Of a stretch of DNA of 36,244 nucleotides, positions 16,970 through 26,259 are shown piece after piece. Below the pieces are notes generated by a model. That model saw only the letters and a program-made list of their open reading frames with translations. It had not been told where the DNA came from and did no database searches. Every line of letters begins with the position of its first letter. Position 1 is the first letter of the stretch. A program made the translations under genes and the position numbers. Location: positions 1-36,244 of the IMG/VR virus record IMGVR_UViG_3300043932_000292. One strand, 5' to 3'. The stretch is from a virus (taxonomy: Duplodnaviria > Caudoviricetes).

Positions 16970-18305
16970 TCCTGACTACTGGGCAACTCGGCAAGAGCAA
17001 CTTGATAAACAGTTAGAGCATGATGAAACGACATTAAATAAGAAGTTGACCGCCTTATATGATAAACAAGAATCTGATCTCAAAAAGGAGATCGCATCCT
17101 ATTACCAAACATACGGAGAAGATAAAGTTATACAATACCGGACACTCATGGAACAATTGTCAGCCGAAGATAAAACACTGCTGCTGGAACGGATGGACGC
17201 TTTTGCAGATAAATATCCGCAGTATAGGGACTTACTTCCAATAAGAGAATCTATCTACAAGCTAAATCGTCTAGAAGGATTACAACAGTCTGTTAAAATG
17301 CAACAGTTAGAATGCGGTGCTATTGAACAAAGTGCATTAGAGTCTCACCTCAAAGAGCAAGCCGCAAAAGCTGCAAACGCGGCTGCTGAATCTCTCGGAT
17401 TCGGATCAAAGTTTTATTCATCAAATTCAGATATTATCAAAAACACTATAAATGCAAGATGGGTAAACGGAGAAAACTTCTCAGACCGAATTTGGAATAA
17501 TCGTCAAAAGCTTTCCAACTACATAAACCGTGATTTTGCACAGGAGATCGCGCGGGGCGATAGCTACAATAAAGTAATCCATAAATTACAAGATCGTTTC
17601 GGCGTCTCTAAGCAAAATGCTTTCAGGCTGGTATATACCGAAGGAACTTATGTACAAGGAGAAGCACAAGCTAATGTTTGGGAATCAATGGGGATTGAAA
17701 AATATACTTATCATGCTCGATTTTCTCAAAGTCATGTTTGTGAAGCTTGCAAAGCTCTCGATGGAAAAGAATTTTATCTTAAACACAGGCAGCCAGGGAC
17801 CAATTTCATTCCTATGCACCCAGGTTGTCACTGCTATACCACAGTCAGCCGTTTTAACATCGACGACTATGTGAAAAAGCATGGAGGAGATAAATGGAGC
17901 AATAAGCAGCTATTGAAATCCAATGATGGCAATGATAAAATAAGCATGAATAAACAACAGTCTCTTAAAACTGATCTCCAACTCTTTGCGCACATTCCCA
18001 AAGAAAAATTTACAAAATATGCGCTTGACCCAAAAAGGCAGCCAGATAAAGCAAGAGCTTTTAAAGAGTCCTTAGGGTATTCGACGGATAATTATCAGGA
18101 CTTGATTGATAATATCTATGAGCATATTGACGAAAGTAAATTCGTTGAAAAAGGGGATGAAGGGTATGGAATGAAGTATGAATATATCATGCACTTGCAT
18201 GGCGTAAATGGAAAAGAGGCCAATGTATTAACTGCATGGATTAAAGATTCAGACGATGTGCGCTTAACTAGTGCATACGTTACGAAGAGGAAGGTCTTGA
18301 AATGA
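16953..18305 (+). CDS. MuF/SPP1 gp7 minor head protein with a C-terminal toxin-like domain (DUF6883-like)
   Basis: 'FSDRIW', 'RLVYTE', 'CEAC..LDG', 'PMHPGCHC'; extra ~105-aa domain 'KFTKYALD...DKARAFKESLGY...TAWI...RLTSAY'. Confidence 0.88.
   Translation: MPLKSNPDYWATRQEQLDKQLEHDETTLNKKLTALYDKQESDLKKEIASYYQTYGEDKVIQYRTLMEQLSAEDKTLLLERMDAFADKYPQYRDLLPIRESIYKLNRLEGLQQSVKMQQLECGAIEQSALESHLKEQAAKAANAAAESLGFGSKFYSSNSDIIKNTINARWVNGENFSDRIWNNRQKLSNYINRDFAQEIARGDSYNKVIHKLQDRFGVSKQNAFRLVYTEGTYVQGEAQANVWESMGIEKYTYHARFSQSHVCEACKALDGKEFYLKHRQPGTNFIPMHPGCHCYTTVSRFNIDDYVKKHGGDKWSNKQLLKSNDGNDKISMNKQQSLKTDLQLFAHIPKEKFTKYALDPKRQPDKARAFKESLGYSTDNYQDLIDNIYEHIDESKFVEKGDEGYGMKYEYIMHLHGVNGKEANVLTAWIKDSDDVRLTSAYVTKRKVLK
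17913..17941 (+). promoter_or_regulatory. Internal sigmaA promoter in the MuF linker
   Basis: TTGAAA-17-TAAAAT with extended TG; in-frame ATG at 17946. Confidence 0.7.
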
Positions 18306-18466
18306 AAATAAAACTTTATGACAAAATTAAGCTAAAAGACGAAAGGACTGCAACTATTGTTGAGATTCTTGACCCTCAAAAGGCTTACATTGTCGATATA
18401 AACCTCCCTGGTCCAGATTGGGAAACTGTTGAAATCAGGCAAGAAGATATTCAATGTGTGATTTAA
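18302..18466 (+). CDS. Un-called 54-aa putative immunity protein (small beta-barrel, DUF4926-like)
   Basis: ATGA overlap with the MuF stop; MKIKLYDKIKLKDERTATIVEILDPQKAYIVDINLPGPDWETVEIRQEDIQCVI*. Confidence 0.8.
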   Translation: MKIKLYDKIKLKDERTATIVEILDPQKAYIVDINLPGPDWETVEIRQEDIQCVI

Positions 18467-18468
18467 AG

Positions 18469-18500
18469 CCACCCACCAAAAGGCAGGGTGGTATTTTTAT
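18469..18500 (+). terminator. Intrinsic terminator (copy 2 of the 32-nt element)
   Basis: 30/32 identical to 13621-13652. Confidence 0.75.
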
Positions 18501-18530
18501 GCCTATTTTCAAGATGGAATCATTGAAATG

Positions 18531-18564
18531 AAAGCACTTGCAGGGATGTAAGTGCTTTTCTTTT
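18531..18564 (+). terminator. Second terminator-like hairpin before the scaffold gene
   Basis: AAAGCACTTGCA-GGGA-TGTAAGTGCTTT plus a T-rich tail. Confidence 0.65.
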
Positions 18565-18647
18565 GCCCAGGCGTGGATGGCATTAAAAGCTACGGACTTG
18601 TGCAACGTTTGAACACTTTAAAAGCTAAGAAAGGATGAAAACAAAAC

Positions 18648-19226
18648 ATGGAAGAAGATAATAAGGTTTCCACGAATCAGGAGCAAAATAAGTCTTCAGA
18701 ATCTGGAGAAAGCACCAGCATTGATAAGAGTGAAGATCAGGCAGAAGAAAAGAAATATACCGATGCCGATCTTGACCGAATCATCGACCGTAAATTTGCA
18801 AAATGGCAGTCTGAAAAGCAGAAAGAGGTTGATGAAGCAAAGCGCCTCACTGAAATGGACGCTCAGCAAAAAGCCGAATACCAGCGGGATCAGCTTCAAA
18901 AGCAGCTTGATGAGCTCAAACATACAAATGCAAAAAATGAAATGACCGGAACAGCTCGAAATATGCTGTCTGAGTCAGGAATTCATGCACAAGATGAGCT
19001 CTTATCCTGTCTGGTGACTGACAACGCTGAAAGCACCAAAGCCGCGATTGACAGTTTTACTAAATTGTTTAACGCTGCTGTTGAAAGTGCAGTCACGGAA
19101 CGATTAAAATCCCCCACTCCCAAAATGGGCGGGAAATCCAGAATGACAAAAGAGCAGATCTTTAAAATTAAAGATAAATCGACTCGATTAAAAGCCATTC
19201 AAGACAATATTGATTTATTTAATTAG
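18648..19226 (+). CDS. Capsid scaffold protein (DUF4355-like)
   Basis: Acidic N-terminus, 'KYTDADLDRII', coiled coil; directly precedes the capsid gene. Confidence 0.85.
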   Translation: MEEDNKVSTNQEQNKSSESGESTSIDKSEDQAEEKKYTDADLDRIIDRKFAKWQSEKQKEVDEAKRLTEMDAQQKAEYQRDQLQKQLDELKHTNAKNEMTGTARNMLSESGIHAQDELLSCLVTDNAESTKAAIDSFTKLFNAAVESAVTERLKSPTPKMGGKSRMTKEQIFKIKDKSTRLKAIQDNIDLFN

Positions 19227-19239
19227 GAGGTAATTTATT

Positions 19240-20112
19240 ATGGCAGCAGAAACAAATATCACAACAACCGGGGATCTTGCCAAAGTACAGTCTATTGATT
19301 TTGTGAACACCTTCGGGGAAAATATCAAGAAGTTGACGGAAGCTTTAGGAATCACCCGAAAGCTTCCGGTGTCCAGCGGTACTGTAATCAAGACTTATAA
19401 AGCATCAAAAGATGTTAAAAAGGACGCCGTTGCAGAAGGAGAAATTATTCCTCTTTCCAAGGTAACGACCGTGCTGGATAAAACCTATGAAATTGCATTC
19501 GACAAATACCGTAAGGCGGTAACCGCAGAAGCTATTCAGAAACATGGATTTGATCAGGCTGTAACGGAAACAGATGATAAACTTCTCAAAGAGGTACAGC
19601 GTGACATCCGTAAAAAGTTGTTTGACTTTATGGCCACTGGTACCGGAAAAGCTTCTGGAGTTGGACTGCAGGCAGCTCTTGCGCAAGCCTGGGGTCAGGT
19701 ACAGTCTCTATTTGAAGACGATGGAGTAACCACTGTATGCTTCGTGAATCCTCTTGATGTGGCGGATTATATTGCATCGGCAAACGTTACCACTCAGAAT
19801 GTTTTTGGAATGACCATCATCTCCGGATTTACTGATGTAACGATTATTACGAATACCAGTGTTCCTAAAGGAAAAGTGTACGCGACAGCTCCAGATAATC
19901 TGGTTCTTGCCTATGCTCCTGTTTCTGGCAGCGAACTTAGCAAAGCTTTCACATTCACTACGGATGACACCGGATATATTGGGATTACGCACAACACAGT
20001 AAACAATAATCTTACCTATGAGACCGTTGTAATGGACGGTGTCCTAATTTTTGCAGAGCGTATCGACGGAGTTGTTGTGGTAACCATTAATGCCCCTGCA
20101 AGTAATGGATAA
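19240..20112 (+). CDS. Major capsid protein
   Basis: Position after scaffold, strong RBS, 'SIDFVNTF', 'VAEGEIIPLSK', 'KYRKAVTAEAIQKHG'. Confidence 0.88.
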   Translation: MAAETNITTTGDLAKVQSIDFVNTFGENIKKLTEALGITRKLPVSSGTVIKTYKASKDVKKDAVAEGEIIPLSKVTTVLDKTYEIAFDKYRKAVTAEAIQKHGFDQAVTETDDKLLKEVQRDIRKKLFDFMATGTGKASGVGLQAALAQAWGQVQSLFEDDGVTTVCFVNPLDVADYIASANVTTQNVFGMTIISGFTDVTIITNTSVPKGKVYATAPDNLVLAYAPVSGSELSKAFTFTTDDTGYIGITHNTVNNNLTYETVVMDGVLIFAERIDGVVVVTINAPASNG

Positions 20113-20124
20113 AGGAGAATTAAT

Positions 20125-20454
20125 ATGGCTATTTTAGACCGGGTAAAAACCCGTCTGAAATTTGATGAAGCTGTACCAGATGATGCTTTTCTCACGGAAC
20201 TTTGTCAAACGGTCACGGACAGGATTTATTTACGCGTCGGCTTAATTCCGGCGGGAACAGATCCTCCGGCCGCTTTGGCGAGTATTGCGGTAGATGCAAG
20301 CATTAAATTGTATCGGAAACAGTACCATGAAGGCATTAATTCAGAAGGAGCCGAAGGACTAAGTACTTCGTTTGTTGATGATATCTTATCTGAGTATGAA
20401 CTGGAATTTGAAGCCTACAGAAAGAGTGAAGCGGAAAAGGTGAAATTTATATGA
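20125..20454 (+). CDS. Head-tail connector (gp15/gp6-like)
   Basis: 'LDRVKTRL', 'EGINSEGAEGLSTSF'. Confidence 0.82.
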   Translation: MAILDRVKTRLKFDEAVPDDAFLTELCQTVTDRIYLRVGLIPAGTDPPAALASIAVDASIKLYRKQYHEGINSEGAEGLSTSFVDDILSEYELEFEAYRKSEAEKVKFI

Positions 20455-20756
20455 AATACTATCCTGCAAAACTAATTGGAAATGATCCATCTGAATCAGA
20501 TGCGCTCGGAAATCCAATTACAGCTCTTAAAACAGTTGGCACAACCCTTGTCCGCGCCACAGAATGGACTGCCGATGATGTTTCTTTGCTGGGCAGAGAA
20601 ATTACGTCGTCCGAAAGAAAAGTTCTTACGCGGGCTCCTACCGATCAAATAAACGAATCCGTCTATCTAGAACTTTCCGGGATTAGATATAAGATTTCGT
20701 CAGTAAAAGATTTAGGAAGATGGAGATCCGTATACTTAAAGGTCAAAAAAATATGA
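20451..20756 (+). CDS. Head closure/adaptor protein
   Basis: Synteny; 'DALGNP' motif. Confidence 0.65.
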   Translation: MKYYPAKLIGNDPSESDALGNPITALKTVGTTLVRATEWTADDVSLLGREITSSERKVLTRAPTDQINESVYLELSGIRYKISSVKDLGRWRSVYLKVKKI

Positions 20757-21142
20757 GAGTCGAATTTCTTGGGGACAAAGAATTAGCTGAAGCTTTGAAG
20801 AAAGGATCTGAATTAAGATTCGATGATGTGTGCTTAAACCAGCTGACTGATATGTATAACCGTGCTCAAATAACAACTCCATATAAAAGTGGAGAATTAG
20901 TTCAATCTGCTCGAATTATTCCTCCGGATAAAGGAATCGGAGGAGAATTTGGATATACAAAAGAATACGCTCCGCATGTTGAATATGGGCACCGTCAAAA
21001 TGTAGGGCAATTTGTAGCTGCTATTGGGAAACGTCTTAAAGCTTCATACGTTCCCGGGCAGCATTTTTTATTAAACAATGTAAATACGCAGAAACCAATT
21101 TTCAGGCAGGATTTATTAAACGAACTTAAGAAGGTGAAATAG
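20753..21142 (+). CDS. HK97 gp10-like neck protein
   Basis: 'TPYKSGEL', 'EYAPHVEYGHR', 'VPGQHFL'. Confidence 0.85.
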   Translation: MRVEFLGDKELAEALKKGSELRFDDVCLNQLTDMYNRAQITTPYKSGELVQSARIIPPDKGIGGEFGYTKEYAPHVEYGHRQNVGQFVAAIGKRLKASYVPGQHFLLNNVNTQKPIFRQDLLNELKKVK

Positions 21143-21552
21143 TGTTAAGACAATTAAGCCTCGTTGATTTACAATCTGCTATTCAAAATAAAATAGAAGA
21201 AAAGACAAAGCTTCCTTGCTATGATGCCGTTCCTGACAATGCCCCTTCCCCATTTTATAACGCTCAAATTGTTGGGAAAAGGCAAGAAAACACAAAGAAC
21301 ATGTATTGCGAAGTTTTTACTGTTTGGATCCATGCAATTGCTGAGTCTTCTAATAGCAGTGTACCGATTTACGAGCTGATTGAAAAACTAGAAGAAGCCT
21401 TATCTGAAGAAATAAATCTTCCTTCATACGTTGAATTAATCAGGCAATCTGAATTAGGGCTGCAGTCTTTACAAACAGACGAAACAAACGAAAAACATGC
21501 CGTAATTGCATATGAAATAAAAGTATGCTATGGATTTATGGCAAAGATTTAG
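21142..21552 (+). CDS. Tail terminator/completion protein
   Basis: 'YDAVPDNAPSPFY'; position before the major tail protein. Confidence 0.75.
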   Translation: MLRQLSLVDLQSAIQNKIEEKTKLPCYDAVPDNAPSPFYNAQIVGKRQENTKNMYCEVFTVWIHAIAESSNSSVPIYELIEKLEEALSEEINLPSYVELIRQSELGLQSLQTDETNEKHAVIAYEIKVCYGFMAKI

Positions 21553-21563
21553 GAGGAATTCAT

Positions 21564-22100
21564 ATGGCAGACAGTACAGCTTTTGACAGTAATGTTTACT
21601 GCAACTTTAACGCCAGCAGTGCAAAAGCTATCGCGGGTAAAGATATTTTACTGGCCATTTTCAGCGCAGATGGTGCATCTTTACTGGCAGTATCCGGCCA
21701 GCAGGGATTAAAAATCAATCGGAGCGCCGACAGTATCGAAGTGACAAGTAAAGATACAAAAGGCGGGTGGAAATCTAAGATTTCCGGGATGAAAGAATGG
21801 TCCATTGATAATGATGGCTTATACGTTCCAAGTGATGATGCTCATAAAGCTCTTGGCGCCTATTTTGAAAAGGGAGATCCGGTGTGCATCAAAGTAATTA
21901 ATGGAAAAACCGGCAAAGGGATGTTCGGAGGCCTTGCGGTACTTACAGATTATTCTTTGGAAGCTCCCTATGATGATTCCATGACATACAGTATCAGTCT
22001 TGACGGTAACGGCCCATTGGTAGATCTCTCCACATTATCTGCAGAAGATGCTGCAAAAGTAACTGCATGGCCAGCTGGAATGGCAAAGCCTACAACTTAA
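21564..22100 (+). CDS. Major tail protein, TP901-1 family
   Basis: 'GKDILL', 'IEVTSKD', 'GMKEWSID', 'EAPYDD..TYSISL.G.G'. Confidence 0.9.
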   Translation: MADSTAFDSNVYCNFNASSAKAIAGKDILLAIFSADGASLLAVSGQQGLKINRSADSIEVTSKDTKGGWKSKISGMKEWSIDNDGLYVPSDDAHKALGAYFEKGDPVCIKVINGKTGKGMFGGLAVLTDYSLEAPYDDSMTYSISLDGNGPLVDLSTLSAEDAAKVTAWPAGMAKPTT

Positions 22101-22117
22101 ATCAGGAGGAAAACAAC

Positions 22118-22423
22118 ATGTTTGAAATTGAAGGAAAAAATTATACCCTGCGTTACAATATTCGCAGAATCGAATTGATTGAATCCGCAACACAAGAATC
22201 CATGATGGCAGAATTGAAGCGTACTAACTGCTTGCTGTCTCTTCGAACATTGAAGACCTATTTTTCTTATGGCTTGCAGAACGAAAGCGGAAATTATATT
22301 TCCCCAAAAGAAGCTGAATCTTATGCAGAAAAGTTAATCCAATCGGAAGGATATGCAAAACTTGACGAAGCAGTAATTTCTGCGATTCAGAATGACTGCC
22401 CTTTTTTCTTCCAGGCCGGTTAA
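22118..22423 (+). CDS. Tail assembly chaperone (gpG-like)
   Basis: RBS AGGAGG; lies between major tail and tape measure genes; ends in a slippery sequence. Confidence 0.8.
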   Translation: MFEIEGKNYTLRYNIRRIELIESATQESMMAELKRTNCLLSLRTLKTYFSYGLQNESGNYISPKEAESYAEKLIQSEGYAKLDEAVISAIQNDCPFFFQAG

Positions 22424-22836
22424 TAAATTTACAATACATCGAGAGTGACCAGCAAGATCCTGAATACGATAATTTGGCGAAGGACTATCAAAAAGAGATA
22501 GACTTCGCCTTTTTTGCTGTAAATCTTAGGTATTCAAAATCTGATTACAATGAGCTTACCCCAAAAGAAAAAGCTTTTATTTTAAAAGCATGGGAGGATA
22601 AGACCGTTTCAGACAGTACGCTTCTTCGAAATGCGGTATTTAATGCCATCAACAATGCCTTGCGAAAAAAAGGTAAAAGATTTCAAGAACTATGGAAAAA
22701 GAAACAGCGCCCCATTAATAAAGAAACAGCTCATCATAATTACGATATTGTATGCCAAGCCGAATCGGCATCTGGAAAAGAATGGGTTAATCTCATTTAT
22801 GCCGCAAACGGAATCAATCGGAAAGGAGGTACATAA
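22399..22836 (+). CDS. Tail chaperone extension (gpT-like) reached by -1 frameshift
   Basis: C CCT TTT TTC at 22399-22408; the -1 frame is open from there into ORF 22474..22836. Confidence 0.8.
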   Translation, partial: PFFLPGRLINLQYIESDQQDPEYDNLAKDYQKEIDFAFFAVNLRYSKSDYNELTPKEKAFILKAWEDKTVSDSTLLRNAVFNAINNALRKKGKRFQELWKKKQRPINKETAHHNYDIVCQAESASGKEWVNLIYAANGINRKGGT

Positions 22837-25409
22837 TGGCTGATTATACGCTTTCCGCAAAAATCACCGGCGACTCCAGCAGTCTTGAAAAGTCTTTCAA
22901 ATCAGCACAGTCTTCTTTAACTAACTTTACAAAAGCGACAAAAAGCATTGGATCTGCCGCAAGCGATGTCGGAAAGTCTTTGCTCCCGATCTCATTAGCT
23001 GCAGGGGGAGTTGAAGCAGCTGTTGGGAAAATGGCCTTTAACTTTCAAGACAGCATGGCAAATATCAACACTCTGCTTGATAACACATCCAACCTGAAAG
23101 GCTATGAAACATCCATTAAATCTCTTAGCAATCAAACCGGAATATCGCTGGATACCATGTCACAAGGTATGTATCAAGCAATATCGTCTCTAGGAGACGG
23201 AGGCGCTGAAACGGAAAGTATTTTTGATACTATGGCCAAATCTGCCAAAGCCGGCGGAGCTGATGTCAGTGATTCTGTTTCTTTGATCTCTGCAGGTATG
23301 AAAGGATACAATTCTGTATCTGGAGAAACAGCACAAAAAATTTCCGACCTCGCTTTTGAAACTGCAAAATTGGGCGTTACAACATTCCCGGAAATGGCAA
23401 AATCCATGCAGCCCTTATTCCCTCTTTCTAACTCTTTAAATATATCCTATGAAGAATTGTTTGGGTCAATGGCTACATTAACCGGCGTTACTGGAAACAC
23501 TGCGGAAGTATCAACACAATTAAAAGCAGTGTTTTCAAACTTGATGAGCCCAACCGATGCAATGACCGCCCTTATGCAAAAATACGGATATTCCAATGCA
23601 GAAGCTATGCTGAAGAGTGAAGGTCTATCCGGAACGCTTGAAATTTTAAAAAAAGAAACCGGGGGTCAATCCGATAAACTGGCAGAACTATTTGGCAGTA
23701 CAGAAGCTATTACTGCAGTCACTGCATTAACCGGAAGTCAGTTTGATACATTCAAGGACAAGTTAGCCTCTATGGGAGACGCCACTGGAGCCACTAGCGC
23801 AGCTTATGCAAAACTTGAAACAGACGGTGATAAAGTACGCATTGCATTTAATCAAATCAAAAATGCAGGGGAAGATTTAGGAGAATCAATGGTCTCCTCT
23901 TTAGCTCCAATGATTGAAAGTGTATCTCAAAAAGTACAAGCTTTCACAAAATGGTTTGTGGAATTAGACGATGGGACCAAAAGGACAATCGTTGTCATTC
24001 TTGGAATCACAGCGGCTATAGCCCCTCTCTTAATGGGCTTTGGTGCATTGATGTCCTCTGTCTCAAAGATATCGGGCGGAATCGGCGTATTAAAGGATAC
24101 TTTAGGAAATCTCAGTGCAAAACTTGGTGGAATATCCGGCCCCACTGGAATTGCAATTGCAGCTGTTGTCGCTTTAGTAGCGGCATTTGCTTATTTAATG
24201 AGTACAAATGAAGGATTCCGCGACAGCATTATGAGTGCCGTCGATACAATTTCAAGTGCATTTGCACCCGTACTTCAAACCCTGGGAACCGTATTGCAAA
24301 GTATTGGAGGAACGATTTTATCGGTCATTACTGGAGCTTTAAATACTTTAGCTCCTGCTTTATCAGCGATCGCTACAGCCGTTGCAAACTTAATGGCTGC
24401 CATTGCTCCTCTAATTAATCAGCTAATTGCAGCTGTATTTCCTATCATTAATCAAATCATCAGCGTTATTTCCTCCGCTGTATCATCCGTTATGCCTACA
24501 GTAGTGTCAATTTTAGACATCATTGCCGGAATCATTCAAACGCTTACTCCAATCATTCAAAACATTCTAACGGTTATTGTGCAAGTTGTCAGCAATATTA
24601 TTGTTGCAATCATGCCCATCATCAGCGCCGTGGGAAATGTTATTCAGGCAGTCATGTCCGTCGTACTTCCGATCATTCAGTTCATTGCAGAAATAATCGC
24701 GCGGATCGTGCAAACGATCGCTCCGATTATAAGCAGAGTGACAGAAATTTTTTCCGAGGTGTTTAGCGTTGTCAGCGGAGTTTTCTCAAATATTGCCTCT
24801 TTTATTGGAGGGGTAATTAATACAGTAAGCGGAGTAATATCTGCCATTTCCGGTGTCGTTTCCAGCGTTTTCGGTACTATTTACAACATTGTGTCAAGCA
24901 TCATGGGAACCGTTGGGAGCGTTATATCCGGTGTATTTGATAATATTCAAAATGCTTGGAACGGATTAACCGGATTTGTATCCGGGGTGTTTAACGGTAT
25001 TGGAGGAGCTGTGCAGGATCTTGTCAATCAGGTTAAAGGGTTTGTAAATGGTGTAATTGGTGGAATTAACGGCGCTATCGGAATCATTAATAAAATACCG
25101 GGAGTCAGCATCGGAACAATCCCCTACTTAGCTCACGGAACGCCCGATTGGCCAGGCGGGTTTGCTTATATGAATGAAGGTGGACGCGGTGAATTAACCT
25201 ACCTCCCAAATGGATCTCAAGTAATACCTCACGATATCAGCGTACAGTACGCCAAAGAAGCTGCAAGACAATCACGCACAACAGAAAACAACACTGCAAC
25301 CACTATTGTTAGGCAGGGAGATACCATTAATTTCAATCAACCTATTAAAAACACATCTGATACATATCGTGGCTACAAACGAGCAAGGGAGGTACTTGCA
25401 TATGAATAA
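22836..25409 (+). CDS. Tail tape measure protein
   Basis: 857 aa, Ala/Gly/Ile-rich amphipathic repeats, C-terminal 'YLAHGT...NEGGRGEL..LPNGSQVIPH'. Confidence 0.93.
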   Translation: MADYTLSAKITGDSSSLEKSFKSAQSSLTNFTKATKSIGSAASDVGKSLLPISLAAGGVEAAVGKMAFNFQDSMANINTLLDNTSNLKGYETSIKSLSNQTGISLDTMSQGMYQAISSLGDGGAETESIFDTMAKSAKAGGADVSDSVSLISAGMKGYNSVSGETAQKISDLAFETAKLGVTTFPEMAKSMQPLFPLSNSLNISYEELFGSMATLTGVTGNTAEVSTQLKAVFSNLMSPTDAMTALMQKYGYSNAEAMLKSEGLSGTLEILKKETGGQSDKLAELFGSTEAITAVTALTGSQFDTFKDKLASMGDATGATSAAYAKLETDGDKVRIAFNQIKNAGEDLGESMVSSLAPMIESVSQKVQAFTKWFVELDDGTKRTIVVILGITAAIAPLLMGFGALMSSVSKISGGIGVLKDTLGNLSAKLGGISGPTGIAIAAVVALVAAFAYLMSTNEGFRDSIMSAVDTISSAFAPVLQTLGTVLQSIGGTILSVITGALNTLAPALSAIATAVANLMAAIAPLINQLIAAVFPIINQIISVISSAVSSVMPTVVSILDIIAGIIQTLTPIIQNILTVIVQVVSNIIVAIMPIISAVGNVIQAVMSVVLPIIQFIAEIIARIVQTIAPIISRVTEIFSEVFSVVSGVFSNIASFIGGVINTVSGVISAISGVVSSVFGTIYNIVSSIMGTVGSVISGVFDNIQNAWNGLTGFVSGVFNGIGGAVQDLVNQVKGFVNGVIGGINGAIGIINKIPGVSIGTIPYLAHGTPDWPGGFAYMNEGGRGELTYLPNGSQVIPHDISVQYAKEAARQSRTTENNTATTIVRQGDTINFNQPIKNTSDTYRGYKRAREVLAYE

Positions 25410-26256
25410 CCTTTCTTTGCTGCTGAAGAGTAATAATAAATCATTTGAATTTTCCGGTGATACCGGATATAGCATAAGATCCATCACAGGACTGGAAGCT
25501 GAGGACATCTATACACTTAATCTGAAAGCAAACGCTCAGTACGATGGAAGCCAAAAGATAGGATTCAGAGCAGAGCCTCGGGTAATTTCCGTCAAAATTG
25601 TATATTTAGGTCTACAAGATAAAGAAAGTCTGCGACATGATCTTGAAAACTTTTTTGTATTACATCATCCAGGGACCGTATTTGTTACTATGGGCGGGGT
25701 TACTCGGCACATTGAATATTGCGTAACTGCTTTTAAAGATACCAGGGATTATCTCTATTACCCTTTGGAATTCTCTTTTGAGCTTACCTGCCCCAACCCC
25801 TATTTTATCGGGGATGAATTTTCAGATAATATTGCCGGGAAAGTGCCGATACTTTTGACGCCGTTTTCGATTTTCAAAGGAGCAAACCTTACTTTGGCAT
25901 ACCGCAAATACAACAATGAACTAACTGTCATAAATCCCGGTGCTGTATCGACCGGACTCGAAATAGAATTCATTGCAACAAACGTCGTAAAGAACCCGCG
26001 AATAGACAATCTGACAACCGGAGAATTTTTACGGGTAATCGTAGACATGAAAGCCGGAGATCATTTAATCGTTACGACCGAACACGGAAATAAGCGCATT
26101 GAATTAAACGGGGTCAACATCAGTCAGAAGAAAGACCGCACCAGTACCTTCTTTCAGATTTTGGAAGGAGAAAATACACTTTCTTATACCGCAGATGATG
26201 GGTATACCAATTTAGAGGTATATCCCCGCTGGTCTGCAAAATATTTGGGGGTGTAA
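25402..26256 (+). CDS. Distal tail (Dit)-like protein
   Basis: 'ELTCPNPYF', 'NPGAVSTG', 'FFQILEGEN'; follows the tape measure gene. Confidence 0.85.
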   Translation: MNNLSLLLKSNNKSFEFSGDTGYSIRSITGLEAEDIYTLNLKANAQYDGSQKIGFRAEPRVISVKIVYLGLQDKESLRHDLENFFVLHHPGTVFVTMGGVTRHIEYCVTAFKDTRDYLYYPLEFSFELTCPNPYFIGDEFSDNIAGKVPILLTPFSIFKGANLTLAYRKYNNELTVINPGAVSTGLEIEFIATNVVKNPRIDNLTTGEFLRVIVDMKAGDHLIVTTEHGNKRIELNGVNISQKKDRTSTFFQILEGENTLSYTADDGYTNLEVYPRWSAKYLGV

Positions 26257-26259
26257 GAA

